Assembly: GCA_951406725.2 (NCBI GenBank) | Contig: OX597839.1 | Location: 13,888,001 to 13,952,000 of the forward strand | Direction of reading: 5' to 3' | Length of the DNA: 64,000 bases | From: Octopus vulgaris | Lineage: Eukaryota | Part shown: piece by piece, positions 1-13,265 of the stretch | Layout: each line of letters begins with the position of its first letter | How positions within the stretch are numbered: the stretch's first letter is position 1 | The notes under the pieces: model-generated | Told to the model about the DNA's origin: nothing | The model's database searches: none | The model's input: only the letters and a program-made list of their open reading frames with translations | Program-made: the position numbers and the translations under genes

Positions 1-170
1 ATAATATATAATACATGCGTATAATCCTACTATACCCATACATTTCTATACATATATACGATACACATATACAAGCGTGCACATACAATATGTGAAAGGT
101 CTTAGGAGAAAAGGTAATCGGGGGTGCTAGGGGAACGGTGGGATTGGGGGGTTTTGTGGGTGGGGTGTCA

Positions 171-1300
171 TCAATCTGGTTGCCGGGTAGGTCTATAGTT
201 CTTGTAGTTCGCATACTTTTTATGCATACAATTTGGGGAGTGTTCTGAGATTTTGTTAAGGAGAGGGCCTTTGGCGAACAAGATCTCTAGGCTCTCCGAT
301 ATGCAGAGGTCACAGCAGGTATGGCCTCCTGTGTACGAGCGCGCCTTCTGTAGTAGTTTCCACTTGGTCTTGAAGGGGATGGAGTTCCTTTTAAGGTACC
401 AGATGTGGGCGGCGAGGGTAGTTTGGTTGGATTTATCTTGTCGCCGGAACGAGTGTGTGTGTGCGTACCAACGGGTCTTAAAGCTGTTTGACGTCATTCC
501 TATGTAGGATTTTCTTTTATCGTCAGGGCCTGATCTTACCTCGCATGTATATACTAGGTCCCTCTGTAGGCAGTTGTTGTTGAGGGGGCAGGTGGTTTTA
601 TCAGGGCAGTTGCAATTGCTATCGGACGTTGGATGGGCCTCGGAAAAAGTAGATATGTTAAGTTTTTTCACATTGTTGTTGGCTAGGTTCCTGGCTAGAT
701 TGGGCGTGGTAGAGTAGGAGAGTCTAATAGTGTTCTTATTTAGGATAGTGTAGTACTTATGTTGGGTGGGGAAGTGTTTCTGTAGGAGAGTGAAGAAGAT
801 TTTAGCTACAGGTGTAGCGACCTCACGGTTGAAGGGGGTTGTACCAGCTAATGTGTCTTCGTCTATTTTTCCTGGGTTGGCGTGGGGCTATACTAGTATA
901 GGTAATCTTATCTTTGAAGCCACTGCGGGCCAGGGCCTCGTTGTAATAGGGGGCTGCGGCCTTAAAGATATCTTCCGTGGCGGACAGGCTAGAAATTCTA
1001 ATTGAGACACTTTTTACTAGGTTATCTAATATATTTTTGGGGTGGTTGGAATTAATATCTATATATTTAAGGGATTCATTCGGTTTGTGGTACGGGTAAT
1101 AAAGTGAGGTTTTTAAGTCGAGGGTGACATCAAGGAAGTTAGCTTTAGTTAAGTTGGATTCTAAGGTAATCCTAAGGCCTAAGTTTTTAAAGAAGGTGTA
1201 AAGATTTTTCCGGAACCCATCCGTGGTCCTGGGGTTTATTTTGTGGAGGGCGAAAAGGCCGTCATCGCGGTAAAGACCACCGGAGAGGCCTGTGAATAGG
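171..1300 (-). mobile_element. Penelope-like element (Neptune-type) 3' fragment: RT C-terminus plus GIY-YIG endonuclease
   Basis: Minus strand near 1300-1100 reads GLYRDDGLF...KANFLDVTLDL (PLE RT). ORF 171..671 has CNC..CPL..CL, SYIGMTSNSFKTRWYAH and CDLCISE (GIY-YIG). The 5' end is truncated at a (TA)n tract. Confidence 0.9.
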
Positions 1301-1317
1301 ATGTATATATATATATA

Positions 1318-1455
1318 TGATTTTGATTTTGATTGATTTTTCCAGTTTCAGCTAATGAGCTGCGGCCATGCTGGGGCACCGCCATTTGGTTTGCTACACG
1401 GTTTTACCTCACGGATGCTTTTTAGCAAACGCCATCTGATGCCTGAGAGAGTTCG
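1318..1455 (-). mobile_element. Short LINE-like 3' end with stem-loop and (AAAATC)n tail
   Basis: GGCGGTGCCCCAGCATGGCCGCAGCTCATTAGCTGAAACT followed by a short tandem tail. Homologous to the S1 SINE 3' end and to 59285-59345. Confidence 0.55.
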
Positions 1456-1870
<415 letters not shown>

Positions 1871-2477
1871 CACATTTTGTGTGTGTGTATAATACACGCA
1901 CACACGCGCACACAATCACACACAGAATACGTGCCTACATAGAAGTGCGTGTATGTACGTGTGTATATTTGTAATTATAGATGCCCCCCAATAAATTAAT
2001 GTAAAAACAGTAGATAAGTCGTACTTAGTTCTACTGGCTACTGTAATAAGAGAGAGAGAGAGGGAGAGATAGATGGGAGAGAGAGGGGGAGAGAGAGAGA
2101 GATAGCTCAAAAACAGGTTAAGTGCGAAGTTAAGTGTGCATTATTTACTGTGGGAATATGAAGGTTCAACGGCCTACAGTTTGACCAGCGGTTTTTCTTC
2201 TCGGTGAGAATCAGCAGACTAATTCTGTTAGTATCCAGAAAATAGAGACCTCATGCAGAGACGTTCATAAATTATCTTTACAATTAAAACAAAAGAAAAA
2301 AATGAAAACTTAAAAATAAAGACGCTTACTTACCGACCACATGGTTCCGGGGTTCAGTCCCACTGCGTGGCACCTGGGGCAAGTGTCTTCTATCATATAA
2401 CCCCATGGCCAATCAAAGCCCTGTAAGTGAATTTGACAGACGGAAACTGAAAGAAGCCTGTCGTGTATATATACACT

Positions 2478-2868
2478 TTACTCTTTTATTCTTTTACTTG
2501 TTTCAGTCATTTTGACTGCGGCCATGCTGGAGCACCGCCATTAGTCGAGCAAGTCGACCCCAGGACTTATTCTTTGTAAGCCTAGTACTTATTATATCGA
2601 ACCGCTAAGTTATGGGGATGTAAGCACACCAACATCGGTTGTCAGGTGATGTTGTGGGGACAAACACAGACACACAAACATATACACACACATACATATA
2701 TATATACATAAATATACGACGGTCTTCTTTCAGTTTCCGTCTACCTAATCCACTCACAAGGCTTTGGTCGGCCCGAGGCTATAGTAGAAGACACTTGCCC
2801 AAGGTGCCATGCAGTGGTACTGAACCGGAACCATGTGGTTGGTAAGCAAGCTACTTACCACACAGCCA

Positions 2869-2872
<4 letters not shown>
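2478..2872 (-). mobile_element. tRNA-derived SINE family S1
   Basis: Head GGAGTGGCTGTGTGGTAAG...GGTTCAGT, internal TA/TG tract, tail GGCGGTGCTCCAGCATGGCCGCAGTC. More than 10 copies in the window; a partial + strand copy lies at 2328-2465. Confidence 0.85.
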
Positions 2873-2899
<27 letters not shown>

Positions 2900-3156
2900 A
2901 AATATATATATATATATAATACACTGATCCGTGTGTGGTGAGAGATAAATATTATTATTTAAATGTCACAATACATGTATTCTTTTCTACTCTAGGCACA
3001 AGCCCCCTAAAAATCCCCTGCGTATTATACTCAATGGTGGACTATACTCGAGGATTCACGGTATATATTCATCTTACCACATCCTTAGCTATAACGTAAG
3101 TATCATATCGACCCACTGGGTGGAATTTTTGGTGGTTATCTGCAATGTTTCACCTG

Positions 3157-3209
<53 letters not shown>

Positions 3210-3227
3210 CAGGTGAAACATTGTCAC

Positions 3228-3597
3228 TTATTCTTTTACTCTTTTATTTGTTTCAGTCTTTTGACTGCGGCCATGCTGGAGGACCGCCTTTAATCGAGCA
3301 ACTCAACCCCGGGACTTATTCTTTAAGTAACGGGGACATAAACACACCAGCATCGGTTGTCAAGCAATGCTAGGGGGACAAACACAGACACACAAACACA
3401 CACACGCATATATATATATATATACATATATACGACGGGCTTCTTTCAGTTTCCGTCTACCAAATCCACTCACAAGGCTTTGGTCGGCCCGAGGCTATAG
3501 TAGAAGACACTTACCCAAGGTGCCACGCAGTGGGACTGAACCCAGAACCATGTGGTTGGTAAACAAGCTACTTACCACACAGCCACTCCTGCGCCTA
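3228..3597 (-). mobile_element. SINE S1
   Basis: Same head and tail as 2478-2872. Confidence 0.85.
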
Positions 3598-3809
3598 TAC
3601 ATACATATATATATACTAGTAGTATTGTTGCGTACTATTATATATAATACAGATGCATGTTTAGTGACGTCACCCTATTCATATACACACTTATATATAG
3701 CAAACGCGTAGTCTTTTATACAAGCAAAACTTGTTAAAAACTCACCCACACACATATACACACACGTAAGCAACCGTGTAGAAAGTCATAAACTCTCTCC
3801 TACGCCTAC

Positions 3810-4094
3810 ATACGCATATGTATGTGTGTATGTTTGTATACATATATACATGCACATATATATGCATACATAATTATATATACATTTATAATGTATATGT
3901 GTATATACATATATATATATACACACACACACACACATACACCATATATATATACGTATGTGTGTGCGTGTGTGTGTGTATATATAGACATGTATATACA
4001 TGTACATATATATGCATACATACATGTATATAAATATATATGTATCATGCATATATGTGTGTGTATATATATATATGTTTTTATGCATATATGC

Positions 4095-4158
<64 letters not shown>

Positions 4159-4246
4159 GCATACATCTATTTTTATGTATATATGCATGTATATACATAT
4201 ATAAATACACACAAGCATGCATACATATATTTTTATGTATATATGC

Positions 4247-4292
<46 letters not shown>

Positions 4293-4388
4293 GCATATAT
4301 CTATGTTCATGTATGTATATATATATACACATGCATATATATACATATATATATACATATATATATATAATAACACACACACATGTAT

Positions 4389-4435
<47 letters not shown>
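3810..4435. repeat. (TA)n/(CA)n compound microsatellite
   Basis: Seen directly. Confidence 0.95.
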
Positions 4436-4728
4436 GTTGACATTTACGAACACTAACAATGTCGAAGAGAACAAAGAACAGGCATTCGAATGTATGTATA
4501 TCGCATTTCATGCACCTGCCTCTCTGAACTACATCAAAGAAACCCTCAGCCTGCTACTGTCAAATTTGGATAAACAAACGTTGCGTCGGTCACCGATATC
4601 ATATGAGATCATGGATATCTTCGCCTACACTTGGCCATCAAAGATATAGTTACTAACACGCATGCAGTGCAATACATACATATACATAAACATACATATG
4701 CATAAACATACATATATATATATATATA

Positions 4729-4851
4729 CTTTATTTAAAGCAGTAGAAAATTCAACAAAACCTGTTAGCCTGAGTTTCCCGTTGCCGTTCATCGGCAACG
4801 GGAAACTCAGAGTAACAGGTTTTGTTGAATATTCTGCTGCTTTAAATAAAG
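4729..4851. repeat. Fold-back inverted repeat (about 59-bp arms, 5-bp loop) with hammerhead-like GAAACtcagaGTA
   Basis: 4729-4787 is the imperfect reverse complement of 4793-4851. It abuts (TA)n. Confidence 0.85.
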
Positions 4852-5071
4852 CATATTACTCTACCACTAGTATTTGAGTACTCTTTTTCCACCTTGTTTC
4901 ACATTTATGTGTTTACTCCGGTATATATATATATAAGTTCAGCAAAAATTTAGATTCAAATGAATATGGTATTTAATTTAGATGCACCAGAATTCTGTAT
5001 GGTGCTATCCATATAAATCCATGGGGTGATTGTAATCAAAATAAGCAACAAGAATGACCAAATTACCGGAG

Positions 5072-5485
5072 TCATCATCATCATCGTTTAACGTCCGCTT
5101 TCCATGCTAGCATGGGTTGGTCGATTTTGACTGAGGGCTGGCAACCAGATGGCTGCATCAGGCTCCAGTCTTGATCTGGCAGAGTTTCTACAGCTGGATG
5201 CCCTTCCTAACGCCAACCACTCCGAGAGTGTAGTGGGTGCTTTTTACGTGCCACCTGCACGGGGGCCAGTCAGGTGGTACTGGCAATGACCTCGCTCGAA
5301 TCTTTTTACACGTGCTACCGGCACAGGTGCCAGTGAAGCGACGTTGGTAACGATCACGCTCGAATGGTGCCCTTTTACCTGCCACGGGTACGGAAGCCAG
5401 TTGGCTGCTCTGGCAACGATCACGCTCGGAAGGTGTTCTTGGCAACCTACTAGCACAGGCACAAGTGCCAGTAAGGCGACGCTGG
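5072..5485 (-). mobile_element. SINE-like element with RTE-type 3' tail ending in (GAT)n
   Basis: Minus strand GGCGTTAGGAAGGGCATCCAGCTG...AACCCATGCTAGCATGGAAAGCGGACGTTAAACGATGATGATG, with internal GGCACAGGTGCCAGT-type repeats. Confidence 0.6.
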
Positions 5486-5770
5486 TTAATTTCATTAGTG
5501 ACATAGCCCGCCTCTACATTAAAAGAAAACAAAAAAATAAGAGGTTTGGAACAGAGGAATTGATCGAGATTTTCCTTTGAATGGCCATTCTTCATTCCTC
5601 CACAATGTATTTAAGATAAGACTACTGTCAACATGTTCTAGTTAAGCTTAAGAGCGAAACGTCCATTAGGTAACGAGGAGCCAAGTTACATCACCTGAAG
5701 TCATGCTTCTGCACTGCGGGGTGCATTGGAATTCATTGCATAACCAAATTTGTTTTGGTTAGGATAATTG

Positions 5771-6234
5771 GGATCCTTTCACTTTGACCGGCAGATTTTT
5801 AAAATAATTTCTTTGTAACTAAACACTTTTAAACTTCGTATACTGGTAGAATGTGTTACATAAAACATATTTTTCTCTTGGCTTTCTTGAGAAAATTCTG
5901 TAGTTTGTAAGCTATTTGTTGTTTAATTTCTTGCATTTCGGCAATTTCAACCAATTAATGACGTCTATTGAGGTGAACTTCCGGCGGTATAGCTGTCACT
6001 TATAAACCCACGTGGGTTATTTACATTTCTGAAGAAAAAAGAAACCCTTCACCCCTAACCCAAACCCTAACCCCACAATCTTTTATTCATACGAAAGTGA
6101 CTGATATGAAATATGTCATAAGTAACAGTGAGAAACTAAATAGAGACCGCAGGAAGTTGTTGCTGACAAACAGCAGCAGTAATTGTATTCACCTCAATAG
6201 ACGTCATTGATTGGTTGAAATTGCCGAAATGCAA
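5771..6234 (+). mobile_element. Partial MITE of the GGATC-terminus family (see 26450-26922)
   Basis: Homologous to 26450 onward. About 5931-5976 is repeated in inverted form at about 6189-6234. Contains CCCTAA units. Confidence 0.7.
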
Positions 6235-6239
6235 TCATA

Positions 6240-6775
6240 GCCCTCCACCATCATATTACCTTCACTACTACTATCGCTACAATCACCACCACCACCACCA
6301 CCATTATCATCATTATATCACCATCCCCATCACCTCCACCATCATCACAACAAACGACACCCCCCCCCCCCAACCATCACCACAGACATTATCGTCATTA
6401 TATCACTGTCACCGCCGCCGCCACCACCACCACCACCACTATCATCATCATTACATCACCGCCATCATCACCTCCACCTCCACCATCATCACAACAAATG
6501 ACAGCCCCCCACCACCACCACCACCAACAGCCATCACCACCGCCATTATCGTCATTATGTCACCGTCACCGCCATCACCACCACCACCACCACCATTATC
6601 ATCATTATATCACCGTCACCATCACCATCACCTCCATCATCATCACAACAACCGACAACCCCCAACCATCACCGCCGCCATTATCGTCATTATATCACCG
6701 TCATCATCACTTGCACCACCACCACCAACACCAGCGCCGTTGTCATCATCATCATCATCATCATCAACATCACCA
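6240..6775. repeat. (CAC)n/(CAT)n compound trinucleotide repeat
   Basis: Seen directly. Confidence 0.92.
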
Positions 6776-7039
6776 AAACATCGTCTGTTTTGTTGCCGTC
6801 GGCTGTTGTTCTTTTTAATAATGTCTTGGTCGTCTGCTGCGCTTCTTGTATTGGTATGTGTGTCACCAGGACGGCAACATAATCTCTTAATTCTCCACCA
6901 CCCAAACAAACTATACATTATTACCAGCATCAAATAACATAATCTTATATATATATATATATTACAAGGTTAAAGATGATATAGTTGAAATTAAATGACG
7001 CATGTAGTCTGGGTAAGATGTCATATGTACATATACATG

Positions 7040-7730
<691 letters not shown>

Positions 7731-7884
7731 GTGTGTGAGTGTATAGCACGAGTTTTAAAAAAACGTATAGTGTGGGTTTCCCTCCCTCTTCTCCGCCTAT
7801 CATTCCTGGGAGGGTCACAGCAATAGATTCCTGAGCCTCCTTCGTAGGGCTCCCGTCAGAAGCAACCGTCATTAGATTCCCCAA

Positions 7885-7920
<36 letters not shown>

Positions 7921-7998
7921 ATAAATATTAGGGAATAAATCCAAATTTACAGGGAAAAAATCAGATTTAGGATTAAATCCAATTTTATAGTAAAATAT

Positions 7999-8194
7999 TA
8001 TAAAATATTATTAGAGACAAAACCACTATTTTGCAAAACAAACAAGGAAAGACTTAATCAATACATAAAATTTTAATAAATAGTCAAAAAAACCGCCACT
8101 TTTTTTTGACTATTTATTAAAATTTTATGTATTGATTAAGTCTTTCCTTGTTTGTTTTGCAAAATAGTGGTTTTGTCTCTAATAATATTTTATA
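7999..8194. repeat. Fold-back inverted repeat, about 94-bp arms
   Basis: 7999-8092 pairs with 8101-8194 around CCGCCACT. Lies between (TA)n tracts. Confidence 0.9.
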
Positions 8195-8238
8195 TATATA
8201 TATATATATACATACACACATACACACACATATATATA

Positions 8239-9450
8239 CAGGGATTGGACAAAATAATGGAAACACCAAGCATCATAGCATCATAATTTTGAGATATCTA
8301 TAAAACTGTCAAAAACTTGTTATTTTTATGTTTTTTGATTTATTATTAGTGTTGCTTAATATGTTTTGCTAAGATTGCTGTTTCTTTTCAGATATCATCA
8401 GAAAAAGGTAATTAAAACTCATTAAAATTACAGATCTTTCGAACTTTCGGAGAAGTCAAATTGTTGGCGCTCGTATGGCAAGCGCTAGCGTAACGAAAGC
8501 AGCCGACATGTTTGGTGTATCAAGAAGTACTGTCTCGAAAGTAATGATAGACTTTCAGAAAGAGGGGAAAACCTCCTCGTTGAAACAAAACTCCGGAAGA
8601 AAACCAAAACTTTCAGAAAGGGGCCGTCGGACTCTTACGTGAATTGTTAGAAAGGATCACAAAAGTACAGCTCCCAAAATTACTGCAGAGCTTAATGACC
8701 ACCTCGAGAACCCACTTTCCACAAAACCTGTTCGCAGAGAGCTGCACAAAGCCGGATTTCACGGGAGGGTTGCAATCAGGAAACCCCTACTTTCAAAAAC
8801 AAACGTTGCAAAGCGTTTAGAGTGGAATAAAAACCTGCAGAATTGGTCCCTAGAGCAGTGGAAGAATGTTATTTTCTCGGGTGAGTCATCTTTTACCTTA
8901 TTTCTGACCACCGGCCGAGTATACGTGTGAAAACAGCCAAAAGAAGCATTTGACCCAGACTGCCTTCTTCCAACTGTTGAACATGGAGGAGGATCTGTGA
9001 TGATCTTGGGAGCTATATGTTGGAAATTCGCCGGTCCAATAGTTTCCTTTCATGGCAGAATTGATAGTCAAGACTATTTAAGCATTTTATCTGATCAAAT
9101 TCATTCTATGGCTGAGGAACTGTTTCCGGAGAGAAACGCAGTCTTTCAGGATGATAATGCACCAATTCACACAGCTAAAATTGTTACTGAATGTCACGAG
9201 GAACATCTTATCTGGTCACCACAGTCCCAGATCTCAATATTATTGAACATTTATGGTGCATTTTAGAAAAACATGTAGGGAGTCGATATCCTCCACCATC
9301 ATCACTACAAGAACTGGAGACTGTTTTAGCTGAAGAATGAACAAAAATTCCTTTGGAAGCAATTCAAACTTTGTACGAGTCCATATCGCGTAGAATTCAC
9401 GCTGTAATTACTGCCAAAGGCGGTCCTACCGCATATTAAAATAAATCAGT
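8239..9450 (+). mobile_element. Tc1-family DNA transposon, decayed, right TIR missing
   Basis: TA|CAGGGATTGGACAAAATAATGGAAACACC is a Tc1-type left end, followed by a transposase pseudogene. Confidence 0.88.
8427..9439 (+). pseudogene. Tc1 transposase pseudogene
   Basis: GRKPKLS, WKNVIFSGES, HGGGSVMILGAI, FQDDNAPIH, SPDLNIIEHLW and AKGGPTAY*, with in-frame stops and a frameshift. Confidence 0.9.
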
Positions 9451-9500
9451 TGCAGCGCAGACTTCAACATGACGGGTTGGGTATTTTTTCCTCGTGGTAA

Positions 9501-9553
9501 CACGTACTGAGGAAGGTGAGGCCTTAATGCCAGTCTAGAAACCGGTCCACGTG
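9501..9553 (+). ncRNA. Minimal type I hammerhead ribozyme-like motif
   Basis: cacgta-CTGAGGA-(imperfect stem II)-GAAAC-CG-GTC-cacgtg. Confidence 0.55.
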
Positions 9554-10082
9554 AGTCCAAAAACTAGAATGTATGGTGAATGATTTTCTTGACCCGTTTG
9601 CTCGCAGTCGTTTGATTTCTGTAGTTATTATCAGTGTTTTTTTCGGCGATTTAAATAAGAGTTTTGACTGTTATTTCCAGCAGATAGATATACTCAGTAT
9701 ATACTTTGATTAAGATATATATATATAGAAATATTCTCCTGAATTGAACTGCAACTGACCATTCAAAATACGACAATCAAGGCACTCCCAAATTTTTCCA
9801 CCCCTCCTCATCATCCTTCTTCTTCTTCTACCCTACCAAGAATTCACAACGACCTCGAACACACAAGTGCAAACAAGAGAGACAAAGAAAGGCAGAAGCA
9901 AGGAAAATGCCACTTATATTTGAACACTATACAAATATTCCTTTAAAAAAACTTTTCTTTTAATTTTTCTAAATTTAATTATTTAATCGTTACAGTTGAA
10001 AAGGTCTCAAAATGACCGAAACCGGTACTGAAATGTTCTTTATAAAATTATTTTAGCATTTTCTATCTTTACTTGTTTTTTT

Positions 10083-10153
10083 ATGTATGTATGTATGTAT
10101 GTATGTATGTATGTATGTATGTATGTATGTATGTATGTATGTATGTATGTGTG

Positions 10154-10187
<34 letters not shown>

Positions 10188-10200
10188 TGTATGTATGTAT
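10083..10200. repeat. (TATG)n microsatellite
   Basis: Seen directly. Confidence 0.97.
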
Positions 10201-10454
10201 GTGTATATATATACACACACATACATATATATTACGGAGATGTACTTGCATAGCAAGTGACCTGATCTGAGATAGTGTGCTGAAACAAAAACAATTGCAG
10301 TGTAGAAGGTGTTTATAAGCTATTTAAAAACACACAAAAACCGTTAGATTCACTTCAACATTTAAATTTAATTTGCCAAAATATTTTCATAGCTTTGAAA
10401 CCGCGACCTTGGTCACTGAAAAAAATCCGTGCAGCACGGAGTTTTGTCAGTGGC

Positions 10455-10714
10455 CAAATGGGCAGATCCTGAAGAAGCTGCACCGAAAATCGTGCCACTC
10501 TCCATGGCACCGATGTTATCCAAGGGAAGGGCAAAGGGACCGATACGGCTTGGCACCTGTGACGTCGCAACTCATTTCTACAGCTGAGTGAACTGGAGCA
10601 ATGTGAAATAAAGTGTCTTGCTCAAGAACTCAACACAGCCCGGTCAAGGAATCAAACCCACTAACTCATGATTGTGAGCCCTGAGGTTCTAATCACTGAC
10701 CCATGGGCCTTCAC
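10455..10714 (-). mobile_element. tRNA-derived SINE (head family shared with 16239-16477 and 63082 onward)
   Basis: Minus strand GTGAAGGCCCATGGGTCAGTGATTAG...TTCTTGAGCAAGACACTTTATTTCACATTGCTCCAG. Confidence 0.65.
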
Positions 10715-10750
10715 ACACAAATGTACAGACGTATGTATGTATGCATTTGC

Positions 10751-11173
10751 CATGATAGATCGCTAGCCACTACACATTCTTTATTTTCTCTCCTTGTTTC
10801 TTTCTGTGTTCCTTTCTGTGGAAGTGCTTAGGCTCGAAACGTTAAAACCTTTTCACTTCCCGAGCGTTAAACTAATACATCTGTTTGTTGTCTACACCAC
10901 CTGTCTTCATCTTTTTGGGGTTTTTTTGTGAATTCACCCCATATATATATTTGTATATATATATATATATATATATATGCGCATTCACCATGATAGATCG
11001 CTAGCCACTACACATTCTTTATTTTCTCGCTTTGTTTCTTTCTGTGTTCCTTTCTGTGGAAGAGCGTAGGCTCGAAACGTTAAAGACTTTTCCCTTCCCG
11101 AGCATTATACTAATGCATCTGTTTCTTGTCTACACCACCTGTCTTCGTGTTTTGCTTTTATTTTGTGAATTCT

Positions 11174-11235
<62 letters not shown>

Positions 11236-11425
11236 GACAGATCGCTAGCCATTACACATTCTTTATTGTCTCTCCTTGTTTCTTTCTGTGTTCCTTTCTG
11301 TGGAAGAGCGTAGGCTTGAAACATTAAAGACTATTCCACTTCCAGAGCGTTATATACTAATACATCTGTTTGTTGTCTACACCACCTGTCTTTGTCTTTT
11401 GTTGTTTTTTTGTGAATTCTCCCCC
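10751..11425 (+). repeat. Three tandem units of about 190 bp separated by (TA)n, each with a hammerhead-like motif
   Basis: Units at 10751-10940, 10989-11176 and 11233-11425. Unit 2 reads CTTT-CTGTGGA-A-GAGC-gtag-GCTC-GAAAC-GTT-AAAG. Confidence 0.85.
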
Positions 11426-11629
11426 TATGTATGTGTATGCATGTATGTATGTATGAGTATGTATGTGTGTATGTTTGTAGGAAGCACACAAGACAATATT
11501 ATAGTATTCTAAGTGACACTATCTGAGATGCGTAACGCATTAGATAACGCATAACTGGCAGAGTTTCGGAGAACTGACGAAGCTGGTTATATTTCAGTGC
11601 CACAGTGTTTGTTACGGATGTAAATATGT

Positions 11630-12350
11630 GTGCATGCTTACGTATGTATGTATGTATGTATGTATGCATGCATGCATGCATGTGTGTATGTATGTATATA
11701 CGTACATATGTATGCTTATGTATGTATATATGTATGTATCTATGTATGTATGTATGTATATATGTATGTATATATGTATATATGTAAACTATATATCTAT
11801 GTATGCTTATGTATGTATGTATGTATGTATGTAATGTATTGCATGAGCGTACATATGTATGTAGGGAGTATTGTATTATCTATGTGTGCATGTCTATCTG
11901 TCTGTATGTATGTATGCGTGTGTGCGTACATGTATGTATGCCTGTATGTCTGTATGCATGTGCATGTGCGTGCATATATGTATGTATGCATGTATTTTTG
12001 TATGTATGTACGTGTGTATGTATGTAATGTATTGTATGAGTGTACATATGTATGTAGAGACTTATGTATGCTTGCATGCATATATGTGTATCTGTGTATT
12101 ACTTAGGTAATTGTGTGTTGGCTTATGCCTGTGTATGAGTGTGCTTGCGTATAAATACCTACGTACATGAATATACAGAATGTGTGCGTGTGTATATCTA
12201 CATATAAATATACAACTATATACGTACGTTTATACACACACACACACACACGCACACACACACACACATACATACACACACACACATATATTTATATATA
12301 TACACACACACTAAAATAATATACATTATATATACGTAAATATACGCATA
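11630..12350. repeat. Degenerate (TATG)n/(CA)n microsatellite
   Basis: Seen directly. Confidence 0.9.
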
Positions 12351-12352
12351 TA

Positions 12353-12770
12353 TAGGCGCAGGCGTAGCTATGTGGTAAGAAGCTTGCTTCCCAACCACAC
12401 GGTTCCGGGTTCAATCCCACTGTGTTGCACCTTGGGCAAGTGTCGTCTACTATAGCCTCGGACCGACCAAAGCCTTGTGAGTAGATTTGGTAGACGGAAA
12501 CCGAAAGAAACCCGTCGTATATATATATATTTATATATATATGTATGTGTGTGTGTGTGTGTGTGTGTTTGTGTATCTGTGTTTGACCTCCCAACACCTT
12601 CGCTTGACAACCGATGTTGATATGCATACGCCCCCGTATTTTAGCGGTTCGTCAGAAGAGATCGTCAGAATAAGTTCATGGCTTGCAAGGGGTCAATTTA
12701 TTCAACTAAAAGGCGGTGCTCCAGCATGGCAGCAGTCAAATGACTGAAACAAGTAAAAGAATAAAGGAAT
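12353..12770 (+). mobile_element. SINE S1
   Basis: Complete from head to tail. Confidence 0.85.
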
Positions 12771-12794
12771 ATATATTATTTTATTATTTATTTT

Positions 12795-13002
12795 TTCAGT
12801 CATTTGACCGCACCCATGCTGGAGCACCGCCCTTAGTCGAGTAAACGACCCTAGGGCTTACTTTTGTAAACCTAGTGCTTACCTAGTTCTATCGACCGTT
12901 TTTGCCGAATTGCTAAGTTACGGGGATGTAAACACACCAGCATCGGTTGTAAAGCGATGTGGGGTGGGGCAAACAGAGGTACACAAACATACACATATAC
13001 AT

Positions 13003-13068
<66 letters not shown>

Positions 13069-13230
13069 ACGATGGGTTTCTTTCAGTTTCCGTCTATCAA
13101 ATCCACTCACAAGGTTTTGGTCTGCCCGAGGTTATAGTAGAAGGCACTTGCCGAAGGTGCCACGCAGTGGGACTGAACCCGGAACCATGTGGTTGGGAAG
13201 CAAGCTACTTACTACACTGCCACTCCTGCG
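12795..13230 (-). mobile_element. SINE S1, tail-to-tail with the previous copy
   Basis: Complete from head to tail on the minus strand. Confidence 0.85.

Positions 13231-13265
<35 letters not shown>

Noticed and set aside
6215-6937. 240-aa His/Pro/Thr-rich ORF
   Set aside because: It overlies a (CAC)/(CAT) repeat that is open in several frames, has no ATG start and shows no domain.
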